From positions 1,440,001-1,504,000 of the forward strand of contig OZ244799.1 in assembly GCA_965219955.1 (NCBI GenBank): a stretch of 64,000 nucleotides of DNA, given 5' to 3'. Below, piece by piece: positions 9,730-19,301 of this stretch. The DNA comes from a bacterium (GTDB lineage: Bacteria; UBA8248). The notes under the pieces are model-generated. The model had not been told where the DNA came from, searched no databases, and saw nothing but the letters and a program-made list of their open reading frames with translations. Made by a program: the position numbers and the translations under genes. Position 1 is the first letter of the stretch; each line of letters opens with the position of its first letter.

Positions 9730-10039
9730 GGGGCTGTTGAAAAAACCCTGCAATGACGGGATTGCCGTCATTCCGGCGAAAGCCGGAATCCATTTTCAAG
9801 CAGAATGATAATACTACGGCTTTTCATCTCCTCGTCATTGGCGCGAATCGATCAGAAAATAAAAAACAAAGGCAAAACCAAATGGATTCCGGCTCAAGGC
9901 CGGAATGACGAACAAAACCGCACCGTCTCATAGTGGGCCGTTCTTGTGAACGGCCCAAAGTCGCGACCTGTCCCTACAGTCTCTTCCCTGGTCGGCTCCA
10001 TACGCCGAATCACGAAATCAGGGCTTTTTCAACAACCCC
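9730..10039. mobile_element. Non-autonomous MITE-like element with IS-like ends, containing a GTCATTCCGGC repeat pair
   Basis: Ends GGGGCTGTTGAAAAAACCC / GGGCTTTTTCAACAACCCC; internal inverted pair at 9766-9796 and 9880-9910; no transposase. Confidence 0.7.
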
Positions 10040-10040
10040 C

Positions 10041-10904
10041 TCACGCTGCGTGTCCCACCCCGCGCTGATTCTCCACACCCTTCACGGCCAAAACCTCTCG
10101 CGCAGGAGAGCGATCCCCGGTGCAACTGATGCGGCGCGGACCTTCGAGGAACTGAAGGACGAATCCGTTTTTCTCATACAGTTCCACGATTCTATCTGTC
10201 GCCTGGTTCGAGAGGACGACGGGGCCTTCGTGCGCGGCGAGAAATTCCGCGAGGCGCACCTGATCCGCCCAGGAGAAGTCCTCCTTGGCGTATTTGGTGA
10301 ACTCGACGTCATAGGGGGGATCCGCGTAGATGAAATCATCGGGCTCGATGGGGAGCGTCTCGAAGTCTTGGCGCAGAAACTCCCAGCCCTCGAAGACCTC
10401 CCGGTAGGCCGAGAAATCCCGCACGTAGTTGATGCGCTTGTAGCGTCCGAAGGGGACGTTGAACTCCCCTTTGCCATTGAAGCGGCAAAGCCCGTTGTAG
10501 CCCGTGCGGTTGAGATAGTAGAAAAGCTCCGCCGCCTCCTTGTTGCGCCCTCGTCCGCTCATGAGAAGCGCGTTGAACCGCTCCCTGTGGGCGTAGTAGG
10601 CCTCCGCGTCGTTTCGCATGTCGAGCCGGGCGTTCGAGAGACCCTTCTTGAGCCAGGCGTAGAAGTTCATGAGCGGTGCGTTGATGTCGTTCAAAAGCGC
10701 GCGTTCGGGGCGGAGGCCGAGCGCGACCGCCAGCCCCCCGCAGAAAGGCTCCACGAGCCGGCGCTCGCTGTGCTTTTCCCAATACGCTTGGATGTGCGGA
10801 ACGAGCCACCGCTTGCCCCCGGCCCACTTGAGCGGGGGCGTCAATTTTTCATCACGGGTTGTGAGGTTCGGTTTGCGAACTCGCGCTTTCGTGCTTGTTG
10901 CCAT
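10041..10904 (-). CDS. Dam-like (D12 class) DNA adenine methyltransferase, orphan
   Basis: PPLKWAGGK, EPFCGG, NDIN, YLNRTGYNGL.RFN..G.FNVPFG, DPPY motifs; start chosen at MATSTK. Confidence 0.92.
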   Translation of the reverse strand: MATSTKARVRKPNLTTRDEKLTPPLKWAGGKRWLVPHIQAYWEKHSERRLVEPFCGGLAVALGLRPERALLNDINAPLMNFYAWLKKGLSNARLDMRNDAEAYYAHRERFNALLMSGRGRNKEAAELFYYLNRTGYNGLCRFNGKGEFNVPFGRYKRINYVRDFSAYREVFEGWEFLRQDFETLPIEPDDFIYADPPYDVEFTKYAKEDFSWADQVRLAEFLAAHEGPVVLSNQATDRIVELYEKNGFVLQFLEGPRRISCTGDRSPAREVLAVKGVENQRGVGHAA

Positions 10905-11003
10905 GTGGATATCCGAAACGCTTCGGTGGGCGGATGATGCGGACACCATACCACAACCGCCAGCCTGAGCCATCACTCACTGACGCAGCAAAGCGATGGT
11001 TTT

Positions 11004-11080
11004 GTAGGGACAGGCCTCCGTGCCTGTCCTGCCCTTCGTGGTTGTCCTTCGTCAGGACAGGCACGGAGGCCTGTCCCTAC
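11004..11080. repeat. REPIN: inverted pair of GTAGGGACAGGCCTCCGTGCCTGTCC REPs (single copy at 21717-21742)
   Basis: 11004-11029 is the exact reverse complement of 11055-11080. Confidence 0.85.
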
Positions 11081-11205
11081 GGTGAACAATTCGACGATCG
11101 GGATTCCCTCCCCAGGGGGTTTTTCAACAGCCTCAATTGCGCTCCTTGCTGATTGTTATTACGATCTGACGTGTTATACAAAAGAGACGGAGCAAAGGAG
11201 TGAAA

Positions 11206-11388
11206 ATGGCGAGAAAACGAAAGAACAACGCACCGATGGAGCCGGAGGATCGTCCCCTGACCAAGGAGATGCGGCCGGCTTCGGAAGTCGCGCCTGAGAT
11301 CGTCGAAGCCCACGCACGGGGAGAATTGGGGTATGGAGCCGACCGGGAAGGAAGAGAATTCACTCCCCCCTTGAGGGGGAGTCGATGA
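11206..11388 (+). pseudogene. Possible truncated BrnA-like antitoxin fragment
   Basis: AAGGAG RBS; EDRPLTKEMRPASEVAPEIVEAH resembles BrnA-type N-termini; the 3' end runs into a repeat; no toxin nearby. Confidence 0.3.
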
Positions 11389-11522
11389 AGCCGAGCGGTT
11401 TGTGCGAAGGCTGAATCGGTGGGGGGTGAATCGCGTTTATCGCCAATCCGAATTATACCCCCCACCGAATCGCTTGCGGGCTTACGCCCTTAGCTCTTCG
11501 ACTCCCCCTCAAGGGGGGAGTG
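11361..11522. repeat. ~160-bp palindromic element, copy 1
   Basis: Terminal inverted repeats CACTCCCCCCTTGAGGGGGAGTCGA / TCGACTCCCCCTCAAGGGGGGAGTG; nearly identical to 37191-37350. Confidence 0.92.
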
Positions 11523-11602
11523 CATTTCTTTTCTACTCGGTCGGGTTCGACCCATGAGAAACCGCGTTTGGCAACAACGCGGACTGACTTCAGCCGGCCT
11601 CC

Positions 11603-12652
11603 CTACCCCCCGATCTCCTCACGCACGATGGCCGCGCCCTCGGCCATGGACTTGAGCTTGCCGAAGGCGACGTCGCGGTGCATGTATTTCATCCCGCAAT
11701 CGGGCGCCAGGATGAGCCGCTCGGGCGATATGTGATTGAGCGCCGCCCGGATGCGCGCCGCCACCGTTTCGGGCGTTTCGATCTCGGGGTCGTCGTTGTC
11801 GATGACGCCCAGGATGATGGTCTTGTCCGGCAGCTTTTCCAGCACGGCCAGGTCGAGACGCGGCTGTGCCGCCTCGATGGATATCTGGTCGATGTCGCTA
11901 TCGTTGAGTTCGGGCAGGAAGGAATAGGCGTCGGGCTTTCCCAGCCCCTGCCAGGCGTGGATGGCCGCGTAGCCGAAGCACATGTGGAGAGCGGTGGTGC
12001 CCTCGACACCCTTCAAGGCCTCGCCGATCACCTCCACGGCGAATTCCCTGGCAATCTCCGCGCGCGCCTGCATGTAGGGCTCGTCTATCTGCACCACGTC
12101 CGCGCCCGCGGCGAACATGTCCTTCACCTCCTCGTTCACCGCGCGGGCGTAGTCGAGCGCCATCGCGCGCTGATCGCCGCCGTAGTAATCATCCTGCGCC
12201 TGCTGCGTCATGGTGAAGGGCCCCGGCAGGGTAATCTTGATCTCGCGGTCCGTGTTGGCGCGCAGAAACTCCACGTCGCTCACCTCGATGGGCTTGGGGC
12301 GGTGGATTTTGCCCATCACGCGGGGGACGGGATTGTCGCGGCCGGAGCGGTCTTTCGCATAGCCGTGGTTTTCGGTGTCGATGCCGCCCAGGGCCGTGGC
12401 GACGCGGTTCGAATAGCTCTCGCGGCGCACCTCGCCGTCGGAGATGATGTCGATTCCCGCACGCTCCATGTCGCGTATCGCAAGGAGAGTGGCGTCGTCC
12501 TGCGCAGCCTCGAGGAATTCGGGCGGGATGCGCCATATCTCCTGCACGCGCACGCGCGGGGGGAGCCGCGTGGTGAGATTCTCGCGGTCGATGAGCCATT
12601 CCGGCTGGGTGTAGCTGCCCACGACGGTGGTGGGCAGAAGTTTCTCGGTCAT
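11603..12652 (-). CDS. Cobalamin-independent methionine synthase II family (MetE catalytic half only)
   Basis: TTVVGSY, SDGEVRRESY, QIDEP, Zn ligands HMC...E...PDCG. Confidence 0.88.
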   Translation of the reverse strand: MTEKLLPTTVVGSYTQPEWLIDRENLTTRLPPRVRVQEIWRIPPEFLEAAQDDATLLAIRDMERAGIDIISDGEVRRESYSNRVATALGGIDTENHGYAKDRSGRDNPVPRVMGKIHRPKPIEVSDVEFLRANTDREIKITLPGPFTMTQQAQDDYYGGDQRAMALDYARAVNEEVKDMFAAGADVVQIDEPYMQARAEIAREFAVEVIGEALKGVEGTTALHMCFGYAAIHAWQGLGKPDAYSFLPELNDSDIDQISIEAAQPRLDLAVLEKLPDKTIILGVIDNDDPEIETPETVAARIRAALNHISPERLILAPDCGMKYMHRDVAFGKLKSMAEGAAIVREEIGG

Positions 12653-12732
12653 CTTATTACCTCCTCATGTCGCTACAATCAGGCCCGGCTACCCGGTCAT
12701 GTGTCTTGAAAGTTGCGCGGTGCGGTGCAGTT

Positions 12733-13803
12733 TCAGGGCGTCAGCATTACGCGCATCACGCCGTCTTCTCGCGCCTTGAACATGCGCATCGCCTCGTTGA
12801 ACTCATCGAGCGCGAACGAGTGCGTGAGCATTTTATCCGTGGCGATATGGCCGTCGGCGATAATCTGGATCGCCCTCGGGTAGCAATTGGGCGAGCCGCG
12901 CCCGCCGAATATGGCGATCTCGTCGAGCACGATGCGGTCGGTGTTGAAAGACGTCTCCTGGCCACCGTTGATGCCCTCCAGCACCACGCGCCCGCCGCGC
13001 CGCGCCATGTCCACCGCCTGGCGCATCACCTCGGGCGGGCCGGCGCACTCGATAACGAGGTCCACCCCGCGGCCGTCGGTCTCATTCATCACGACCTCGA
13101 CAGGGTCTTCCTTCGTAATGTCGATGGTGCGGTCGGCGCCGAGTTCCTCCGCGATTCCCAGCCGGTAGCCGCGCCCGGTGATGAAGGTCTTGGACGCGCC
13201 CATCATCTTGACGAGCTGGAGGACGGCGAGGCCCAGCAGGCCGGGGCCCAGGATCGCCACGGTGTCGGCCGGCTCCACGCCCCCGCGCTCCAGTGCGTGG
13301 AGCGCGATGACGACCTGGTTCACGATCACCGCGTCCTCCCACTTCATGGAGTCGGGCATCTTGTGGAGGTTGTTCGGGGGCGCCAGACCGTATTCGCTGA
13401 AAGCGCCGTTCGCCGTGTGGCCGAGGAGCTTGTAGCCGCCGTCCGGCTTCGCGGCGTTCTCGCAGATGTGGTAGTCGCCCCGGATGCAGGTGGCGCAGGC
13501 GCCGCAGCCGACCGTCGGCTCCATGATGACGCGGTCGCCCACTTCGAGAGTAGTTTTCGCGCCGCTTCCGATGGCGGCCACCTCCCCCGCCCACTCGTGC
13601 CCCTGGATGAAGGGATAAAAGGGCGGCCACATCGGGCGCATGTGCCCCTCGTAGATATGGATGTCCGTGCCGCAGATGCCGCAGGCGGCGACCTTCACCA
13701 GCACCTGGCCGGGTTCGTAGTCGGGCACGGGAATCTGCTCGATGCGCACCTCGTGCGCGGCGTGCGTGACCGCGGCCTTCATGGTTTCCGGTATATCGCT
13801 CAT
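12733..13803 (-). CDS. Zn-dependent alcohol dehydrogenase (MDR)
   Basis: CGICGTD, GHE, CxxCxxCx7C, GPGLLG. Confidence 0.92.
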   Translation of the reverse strand: MSDIPETMKAAVTHAAHEVRIEQIPVPDYEPGQVLVKVAACGICGTDIHIYEGHMRPMWPPFYPFIQGHEWAGEVAAIGSGAKTTLEVGDRVIMEPTVGCGACATCIRGDYHICENAAKPDGGYKLLGHTANGAFSEYGLAPPNNLHKMPDSMKWEDAVIVNQVVIALHALERGGVEPADTVAILGPGLLGLAVLQLVKMMGASKTFITGRGYRLGIAEELGADRTIDITKEDPVEVVMNETDGRGVDLVIECAGPPEVMRQAVDMARRGGRVVLEGINGGQETSFNTDRIVLDEIAIFGGRGSPNCYPRAIQIIADGHIATDKMLTHSFALDEFNEAMRMFKAREDGVMRVMLTP

Positions 13804-13848
13804 CTCACTCCCCTCCTTCGCGTAAGAGGATATTGGTATGATTCCGGC

Positions 13849-14493
13849 TCAGCCCTTGGGGCTGAACTGCGTCGCTTTTCTGTCGGGCCGCTGCATGTCG
13901 AACACGTCGTGCGAGCGGCAATAGCCGTTCCCCGCCAGCCGGCCCACGGGCCGGAGCAGAACGGGGTCGATGTATTTCCCCTCCTCGATCATCACGTCCT
14001 CGCGCACGTGCCAGCGCACCACCTCGCCGATGATGACGTTCGTCAGGTGCTCGCGCCCGTTCGTGATGAGGTGGCGAAACTGACACTCCATAGCCACGGG
14101 GGCTTCGGCGATGCGCGGCGCCTTCACGAGGTCGGAATCCATCGGCGTCAGGCCCGCTTCCTCGAACTCGCTCACCTCGAAGGGGTAGTCGTCCGCGCAG
14201 ATGTTCATCTGCTCCTCCAGGCCGTCCACCACCGTGTGGATGACGTAGCCCTGCGTCTCCATGATGTTGCGCGCCGTGTCCTTGTAGGAGCTTTCGCGCA
14301 CGCCCACCGAAATCGAGAGCAGGGGCGGGTCGTGCCCCACGCAGGTGAAGAAGCTGAAGGGCGCCAGGTTCGCGTAGCCGTCAGCACTGATGGTGCTCAC
14401 CCAGGCGATGGGCCTCGGCACGACGGAGCCGACGAGCAGGCGGTAGTTCTGCCGCCAGTGGTTGTCGGCGGGGTCGATGGTTTTATAGTTCAT
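13849..14493 (-). CDS. Flavin reductase-like FMN-binding protein
   Basis: VVPRPIAWVST...NLAPFSFF...KDTARNI...GRLAGNGY. Confidence 0.9.
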   Translation of the reverse strand: MNYKTIDPADNHWRQNYRLLVGSVVPRPIAWVSTISADGYANLAPFSFFTCVGHDPPLLSISVGVRESSYKDTARNIMETQGYVIHTVVDGLEEQMNICADDYPFEVSEFEEAGLTPMDSDLVKAPRIAEAPVAMECQFRHLITNGREHLTNVIIGEVVRWHVREDVMIEEGKYIDPVLLRPVGRLAGNGYCRSHDVFDMQRPDRKATQFSPKG

Positions 14494-14573
14494 GCGTTTT
14501 CATACTCCTGTCGAAATAAGTCGTTTAGCGCGTCCTTGCGCTGTCGATGGCGGGCGTTTCAAGGCCATAAAAA

Positions 14574-15389
14574 TCAAACGCCATAATCCGCAGACGCCAT
14601 CGCCGATTCCATCGCCGTGAAGCACGCCCCCTGCGGGTCCATGATTCCGCCGATTCTGCCCACGTCGGGGATGTCCATCGGGGGGAACGTCCCCTGCCCG
14701 CCCAGGCCGATTGCCTTCTCGAGCGCGGCGTCGAAATTCTCCACCCCGAAGTACACCCCCCAGTGCGGGGGCATTTCGCCCATCTCGGGCGTGAGTTCGA
14801 GCATCCCGGCGCGCGGCTCCTCGCCGCTCATGAACACCGTGTAGTCCCCGCCCGAGGGGTCGGGCATCACCGTGCTCGTCCAGCCGAATAGTTCGGCATA
14901 AAAAGTTCCGTTGCGTTCCAGGTCTTTCGTGAGCAGTTCGTTCCAGTTGAGCGCGCCCGGCTCGTTCATGACGTCGGCGCCTTTGTGCGCTTTGGGCTGC
15001 CAGAGGCACAGGAACGCCTCGCCCGGGTCGCGGATCATCGCCATGCGGCCCACGTCGAGCACGTCGCACGGCTCCTGGGCGGCCTGACCACCAAGCTCCA
15101 CAGCTTTCTTCACGGTCTCGTCGGCGTTTTCAACCGACACGTAGCTCTGCCAGAAGGAGGGGTGGCCGCTCTCGAGCATTCCCGGAAACATCTCGAACAT
15201 GGCGCAAACCTGTTTTCCGTCTTTCGAGAACATGGTGTAGACGGCTTCCTCCATCACGGGCATATCCTCAAACGTCCAGCCGAACAGGGACGTATAGAAA
15301 TCCTTGGCGACGCCCACTTCTTTCGCCACCAGATCGGCCCAGCAGAAACTCCCCGGTGCGTATTCCTTGACTTCAGACACGAATTTCAT
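14574..15389 (-). CDS. Two-domain VOC/glyoxalase family protein
   Basis: PGSFCWADL...FYTSLFGW and PGALNWNEL...FYAELFGW repeats; GGAGG RBS before ATG 15389. Confidence 0.88.
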   Translation of the reverse strand: MKFVSEVKEYAPGSFCWADLVAKEVGVAKDFYTSLFGWTFEDMPVMEEAVYTMFSKDGKQVCAMFEMFPGMLESGHPSFWQSYVSVENADETVKKAVELGGQAAQEPCDVLDVGRMAMIRDPGEAFLCLWQPKAHKGADVMNEPGALNWNELLTKDLERNGTFYAELFGWTSTVMPDPSGGDYTVFMSGEEPRAGMLELTPEMGEMPPHWGVYFGVENFDAALEKAIGLGGQGTFPPMDIPDVGRIGGIMDPQGACFTAMESAMASADYGV

Positions 15390-15503
15390 TCCTCCATTGA
15401 TGACGGCGAATGACAAGAAACGTATTCCTTCATAAACAACGGTAAATAATGATTGGGATGCGGCGGAAAATCATAGCGCGAAGCGGCGGCGGCGAACAAG
15501 CGC

Positions 15504-17639
15504 TCATGCGTCCGCATCGTATTCATACCGCAGACCGTCCGGCTCGTCGGGATCGGCGAGGCGCGAGGCGGGCTCAGGTGCTTCTTCATCCTGCGGCGCC
15601 CCTATCGCCTCCTCTTCCAGCAGCCAGCGATCATAGAGATCATTTGGCAATTCCTCCACGTATCTCGATAGCCTGGAGAACGCGCCCATCTTCCACGCTT
15701 CGCTCTCGATCATGGGCTGGCACATGTAGAGCTCATCCTTCGCGCGCGTGAGGGCGACGTAGAAAAGCCGCCTCTCCTCTTCCTCTCCCTCGGGGTCCGC
15801 CAGGGAGCGCGTCGAGGGGAAGCGCGTGTCGGTGAGCCAGATGAGGAACACCACCTTCCACTCCAGGCCCTTCGCCTGGTGAACCGAGGTCAGGACCATC
15901 GACTCATCCGGCTCGTCGCGCTCGCCAGGCGCAGCGGGGCCGGCTGCGGCGGCCGTTCCCATGAGCGCGAGTTCCGAGAGAAACGCCGTCGCCCCGTCGT
16001 ACTGCACCGCGTATTCAGCAAGCTGGCGCACGTCCTCGATGCGCGTCGGCGCGTCCTCGAAGGTGTTCTCGACGTATTTCTCATAAAACCTGTCCAGCAC
16101 GAGGTTTATCATCTCCGTCGGCGGCAGGGCGGATGGTTTCTCGCCCGCGGTGGCGCGGGGCGCGCCCGTCAGCTCGACGACAAGCTTCCTGAAAATCTCG
16201 AAACTCGCGCGCGCGTTCCCGGGGAGGGAACCCACGCTGCCGCTCTCGAGAAAAGAGAAGGGCTCCTCCCATATACGCACCTGCTCCCAGACCCGGTGCG
16301 CCGTCACGTCTCCCACGCCGGGCAGGAGCTTGAGCGCGCGCTTCCAGGCCAACTCGTCCGAAGGGGAACTCACGAGCCTTAAAAAAGCCGTCACGTCCTT
16401 GATGTGGCGCTGCTCGAAAAAGCGCAGCCCGCTCCTGATCTCGAAGGGAATCCCCCGGCGGGTGAGCTCCATCTGAAGCTCCATCGAGTGGTAGTGCGCC
16501 CGGTAGAGCACCGCGATCTGGGAGAGAGGAACTTCGTCCTCATCGCGCAGCGCGAGCGTGCGGTCGACCACGAAGTCCGCCTGCTGCATGGCGTCGCGCG
16601 CGGCCACGAGGGCGGGCTTCATCCCCTCGCCGCGCGTGGTCTTGAGGTTTTTCTCGAACTGGCGCCTGTTGCGGGCGATGGAGGCGTTGGCGAGCGTCAG
16701 GATGTTGGCCGTGCTCCTGTAGTTCTCCTCCAGGCGGAAGAGCCTGGCGTCGGGGTATCGCTCGGGAAAGGTGATGATGTTCTCGAAATGCGCCCCCCGG
16801 AAGCTGTAGATGCTCTGCGCGTCATCGCCCACCACGGTCACGTTTTTCTGCGCTCCGGCCAACAGGTCCACCAGGTCGGCCTGCACCTTGTTGGTGTCCT
16901 GGTACTCATCCACGAGGATGTAGCGAAAGCGCGTCTGGAGTTCCTGCCGCACCTCCTCGTTTTCGGCGAGCAAATCCCGCGTGAGGGAGAGGAGGCCCGA
17001 GAAATCCACCGCCTGAATCTCTTTCTTGCGCTTCTCGTAGTGGGCGGCGATTTGCTCTATCTCGCCCGCGCGGTCCGCCAGGTATGAGTAGCGATTCAGC
17101 ACCGTCTCCGCGACGCCGCGGTCGGTATCGGCGGCGAGGGCGAAGATCGATTCCAGCACGCGGCCTCTCGGGAAATACTTCTCCTTCGGGTCGAACCCCG
17201 CGAGGCGGATGCACTCGGTGACCAGATCGGCCGCGTCCTCACGGTCCAGGATGGTGAAATTCGGCCCGTAACCGATGAGATTACCGTATCGCCTGAGTAT
17301 CAGATTCCCCACGTGGTGGAACGTGCCGCCCCAGACGCGCCGGGCGTCGGTCTGGATGAGGGAGGCGGCCCGGTGCAGCATCTCGCGCGCGGCCTTGTTC
17401 GTGAAGGTGACGAGGAGGATGGATTCAGGGGTGACGCCGTCTTCCACGAGACGCGCGAGGCGGTAGGTGATGGTGTGCGTCTTTCCGCTGCCTGCGCCCG
17501 CGATGACGAGAAGCGGGCCCCCGCCCGCCATCACGACCTCTAATTGCTGGGGGTTGAGCTTATCCTCATACGCCTTGCGCCGCGCGGGCGAAGCCGCGGG
17601 ACGCTTGATCGTGTATGTCCTGTGCTCTCTCGCGCTCAT
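15504..17639 (-). CDS. UvrD/PcrA-family SF1 DNA helicase
   Basis: AGAGSGKT, TFTNKAA, DEYQDTN, GDDAQSIYSFRGA, NYRS, HQAKGLE, EERRLFYVALTRA. Confidence 0.95.
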   Translation of the reverse strand: MSAREHRTYTIKRPAASPARRKAYEDKLNPQQLEVVMAGGGPLLVIAGAGSGKTHTITYRLARLVEDGVTPESILLVTFTNKAAREMLHRAASLIQTDARRVWGGTFHHVGNLILRRYGNLIGYGPNFTILDREDAADLVTECIRLAGFDPKEKYFPRGRVLESIFALAADTDRGVAETVLNRYSYLADRAGEIEQIAAHYEKRKKEIQAVDFSGLLSLTRDLLAENEEVRQELQTRFRYILVDEYQDTNKVQADLVDLLAGAQKNVTVVGDDAQSIYSFRGAHFENIITFPERYPDARLFRLEENYRSTANILTLANASIARNRRQFEKNLKTTRGEGMKPALVAARDAMQQADFVVDRTLALRDEDEVPLSQIAVLYRAHYHSMELQMELTRRGIPFEIRSGLRFFEQRHIKDVTAFLRLVSSPSDELAWKRALKLLPGVGDVTAHRVWEQVRIWEEPFSFLESGSVGSLPGNARASFEIFRKLVVELTGAPRATAGEKPSALPPTEMINLVLDRFYEKYVENTFEDAPTRIEDVRQLAEYAVQYDGATAFLSELALMGTAAAAGPAAPGERDEPDESMVLTSVHQAKGLEWKVVFLIWLTDTRFPSTRSLADPEGEEEERRLFYVALTRAKDELYMCQPMIESEAWKMGAFSRLSRYVEELPNDLYDRWLLEEEAIGAPQDEEAPEPASRLADPDEPDGLRYEYDADA

Positions 17640-17762
17640 TGCAATACTCTTTCATGGAGTCCGGGACTGCAGCCCTCAGCCGGCCTTGCGCGGATGAAGC
17701 TTTCCGCCATTCATCCAGGCACTGTAACGCTTCCAGGCGAAACGGACTAACCGCCCATTCAG

Positions 17763-17792
17763 TTGACAGGCGAAAGCCCCCGAAGATAAGGT
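17763..17792 (+). promoter_or_regulatory. Possible sigma70 promoter for the small ORF at 17829
   Basis: TTGACA, 18 nt, TAAGGT. Confidence 0.4.
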
Positions 17793-17828
17793 GAGTCCAT
17801 ACACGACATCACAGGCCGGAGCGTTCTG

Positions 17829-18020
17829 ATGGGCGGATACCAGAAATTCCTGGACGGCGCGGCCCTGGGCTTTTTCCTGGGATTCATCGCCTTCTATCTG
17901 CTGCACCGCTACATGGCGTCCAGGCGGAAAGAACCGAAAAGCGATGTCGACCGCCTCGTCGACGACATCCAGGACTACTACCGGAACGTCTCCGACCCCG
18001 AGGGCAGGGACTACGACTGA
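17829..18020 (+). CDS. Small single-TM hypothetical protein
   Basis: GGAG RBS, hydrophobic helix then charged tail, host-like codon use; fills the intergenic gap. Confidence 0.65.
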   Translation: MGGYQKFLDGAALGFFLGFIAFYLLHRYMASRRKEPKSDVDRLVDDIQDYYRNVSDPEGRDYD

Positions 18021-18047
18021 GCCGCGCAGTTCCCCCGCGGCGCATTC

Positions 18048-18695
18048 TCAGATATAGGGCTGATACGGATTCCGCTCGGAGACGGGCGCGCCCTGAAGGT
18101 GCGCCAGGGAGTTCATCGTCACGACGCTCCAGCCCCGCTCGGGCGAATGTTCGATGATGTTCATGGCCGCGTTGTGCTGGCGTATCCGCCGGAAGCCGTT
18201 GAGTTCCACGCCCAGAATCCTGCACAGGATCATGTTGATCGCCAGATTGTGGCTCACCGCGGCGATGACCTCGTTTTCATGCGCTGCCAGGAACCCTTCC
18301 ATCACCGCCCAGGCCCTCTCCTGCAACTCCGGGAGCGTCTCGCCGCCCGGCATGCGCGCGCGGGCGGGATGGTCCCGCCATACGCGCATGAAATCGGGGT
18401 GCGTCTCGGGGAGCCGCCGGAAGGGTTCTCCCTCGAGTTCGCCCTGGTTCAACTCGGCGATGCCCGCCTCCTCGAACAGGGGCGCGTCGAGGGCTTGCGC
18501 GACGATTTCGGCGGTGCGCCTCGCGCGCAACAGCGGACTCGAGTAGACGCGAGCGATCGGGCGTCCGCGCAGCACGCAGGCGAGCGCTTCGGCCTGCGCG
18601 ACGCCCACGTCGTTGAGCGCGGTGTCGGAGACGCCCTGGATGCGCTGTTCGACGTTCCAGTCCGTCTCGCCGTGCCGCAAGAGATAGAGAAGCAA
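18048..18695 (-). CDS. Histidine phosphatase (phosphoglycerate mutase/CobC family)
   Basis: LLRHGETDWN, SSPLLRARRTA, VSHN. Confidence 0.9.
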   Translation of the reverse strand: MLLYLLRHGETDWNVEQRIQGVSDTALNDVGVAQAEALACVLRGRPIARVYSSPLLRARRTAEIVAQALDAPLFEEAGIAELNQGELEGEPFRRLPETHPDFMRVWRDHPARARMPGGETLPELQERAWAVMEGFLAAHENEVIAAVSHNLAINMILCRILGVELNGFRRIRQHNAAMNIIEHSPERGWSVVTMNSLAHLQGAPVSERNPYQPYI

Positions 18696-18737
18696 TGCGA
18701 AAAACTCCGGTGGGGCGACGCCCGGGCGAGCGTCGCC

Positions 18738-19301
18738 TTAGTTGTTGTCCTCTTTCAGGAAATCATCGGGCTTGAGGTCCTTGAGCCATTCCTTGATGTC
18801 CTCGGGCTCTTCCTCCAAAGGCTTTTCCGGCTCGGGGGGCGCGTCTTCCCCGCTGCCCGCCTCCATGCCGGAGACGCCCTCTTTCACTTCCTCTTCGTTG
18901 AACTGGATGCTCTTCGCCTCCTCGAGCACCTTCTCCTCCACGAAAATCGGGCTCCCCATGCGCAGGGCCACCGCGATGGCGTCGGAGGGTCTCGAATCGA
19001 CGACGATTTCCGACCCGTTCACGGAAAGGTGAATCTCGGCGAAAAATGTGTTGTCCCGCAGATCGTTGATGAGGATTTTATCCACCCGGCCCTTCAAGTC
19101 GTTGATCATGTTCTTGATCAGATCGTGGGTCATCGGACGCGGCGTCTCGAAGCTCTCAATCTCGCGCGCGATGGCGTGCGCCTCGAAAATGCCCACCCAG
19201 ATGGGCAGCGCGCGGTCTCCCTCGGTCTCGCGCAGCACCACAATCGGCACGTTGGTGTGCGGATCGAGCGTGAGGCCCTTGACTTTCATCTCGATCATCA
19301 T
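18738..19301 (-). CDS. Bifunctional nuclease family (DUF151)
   Basis: LPIWVGIFEA, PRPMTHDL, DSRPSDAIAVA; commonly downstream of miaB. Confidence 0.92.
   Translation of the reverse strand: MMIEMKVKGLTLDPHTNVPIVVLRETEGDRALPIWVGIFEAHAIAREIESFETPRPMTHDLIKNMINDLKGRVDKILINDLRDNTFFAEIHLSVNGSEIVVDSRPSDAIAVALRMGSPIFVEEKVLEEAKSIQFNEEEVKEGVSGMEAGSGEDAPPEPEKPLEEEPEDIKEWLKDLKPDDFLKEDNN

Noticed and set aside
12667-14586. 639-aa plus-strand ORF and similar long antisense ORFs (e.g. 18099-19355, 42729-44156, 47290-48627)
   Set aside because: They overlap well-supported genes on the opposite strand, have no motifs, and are expected from high-GC codon bias.
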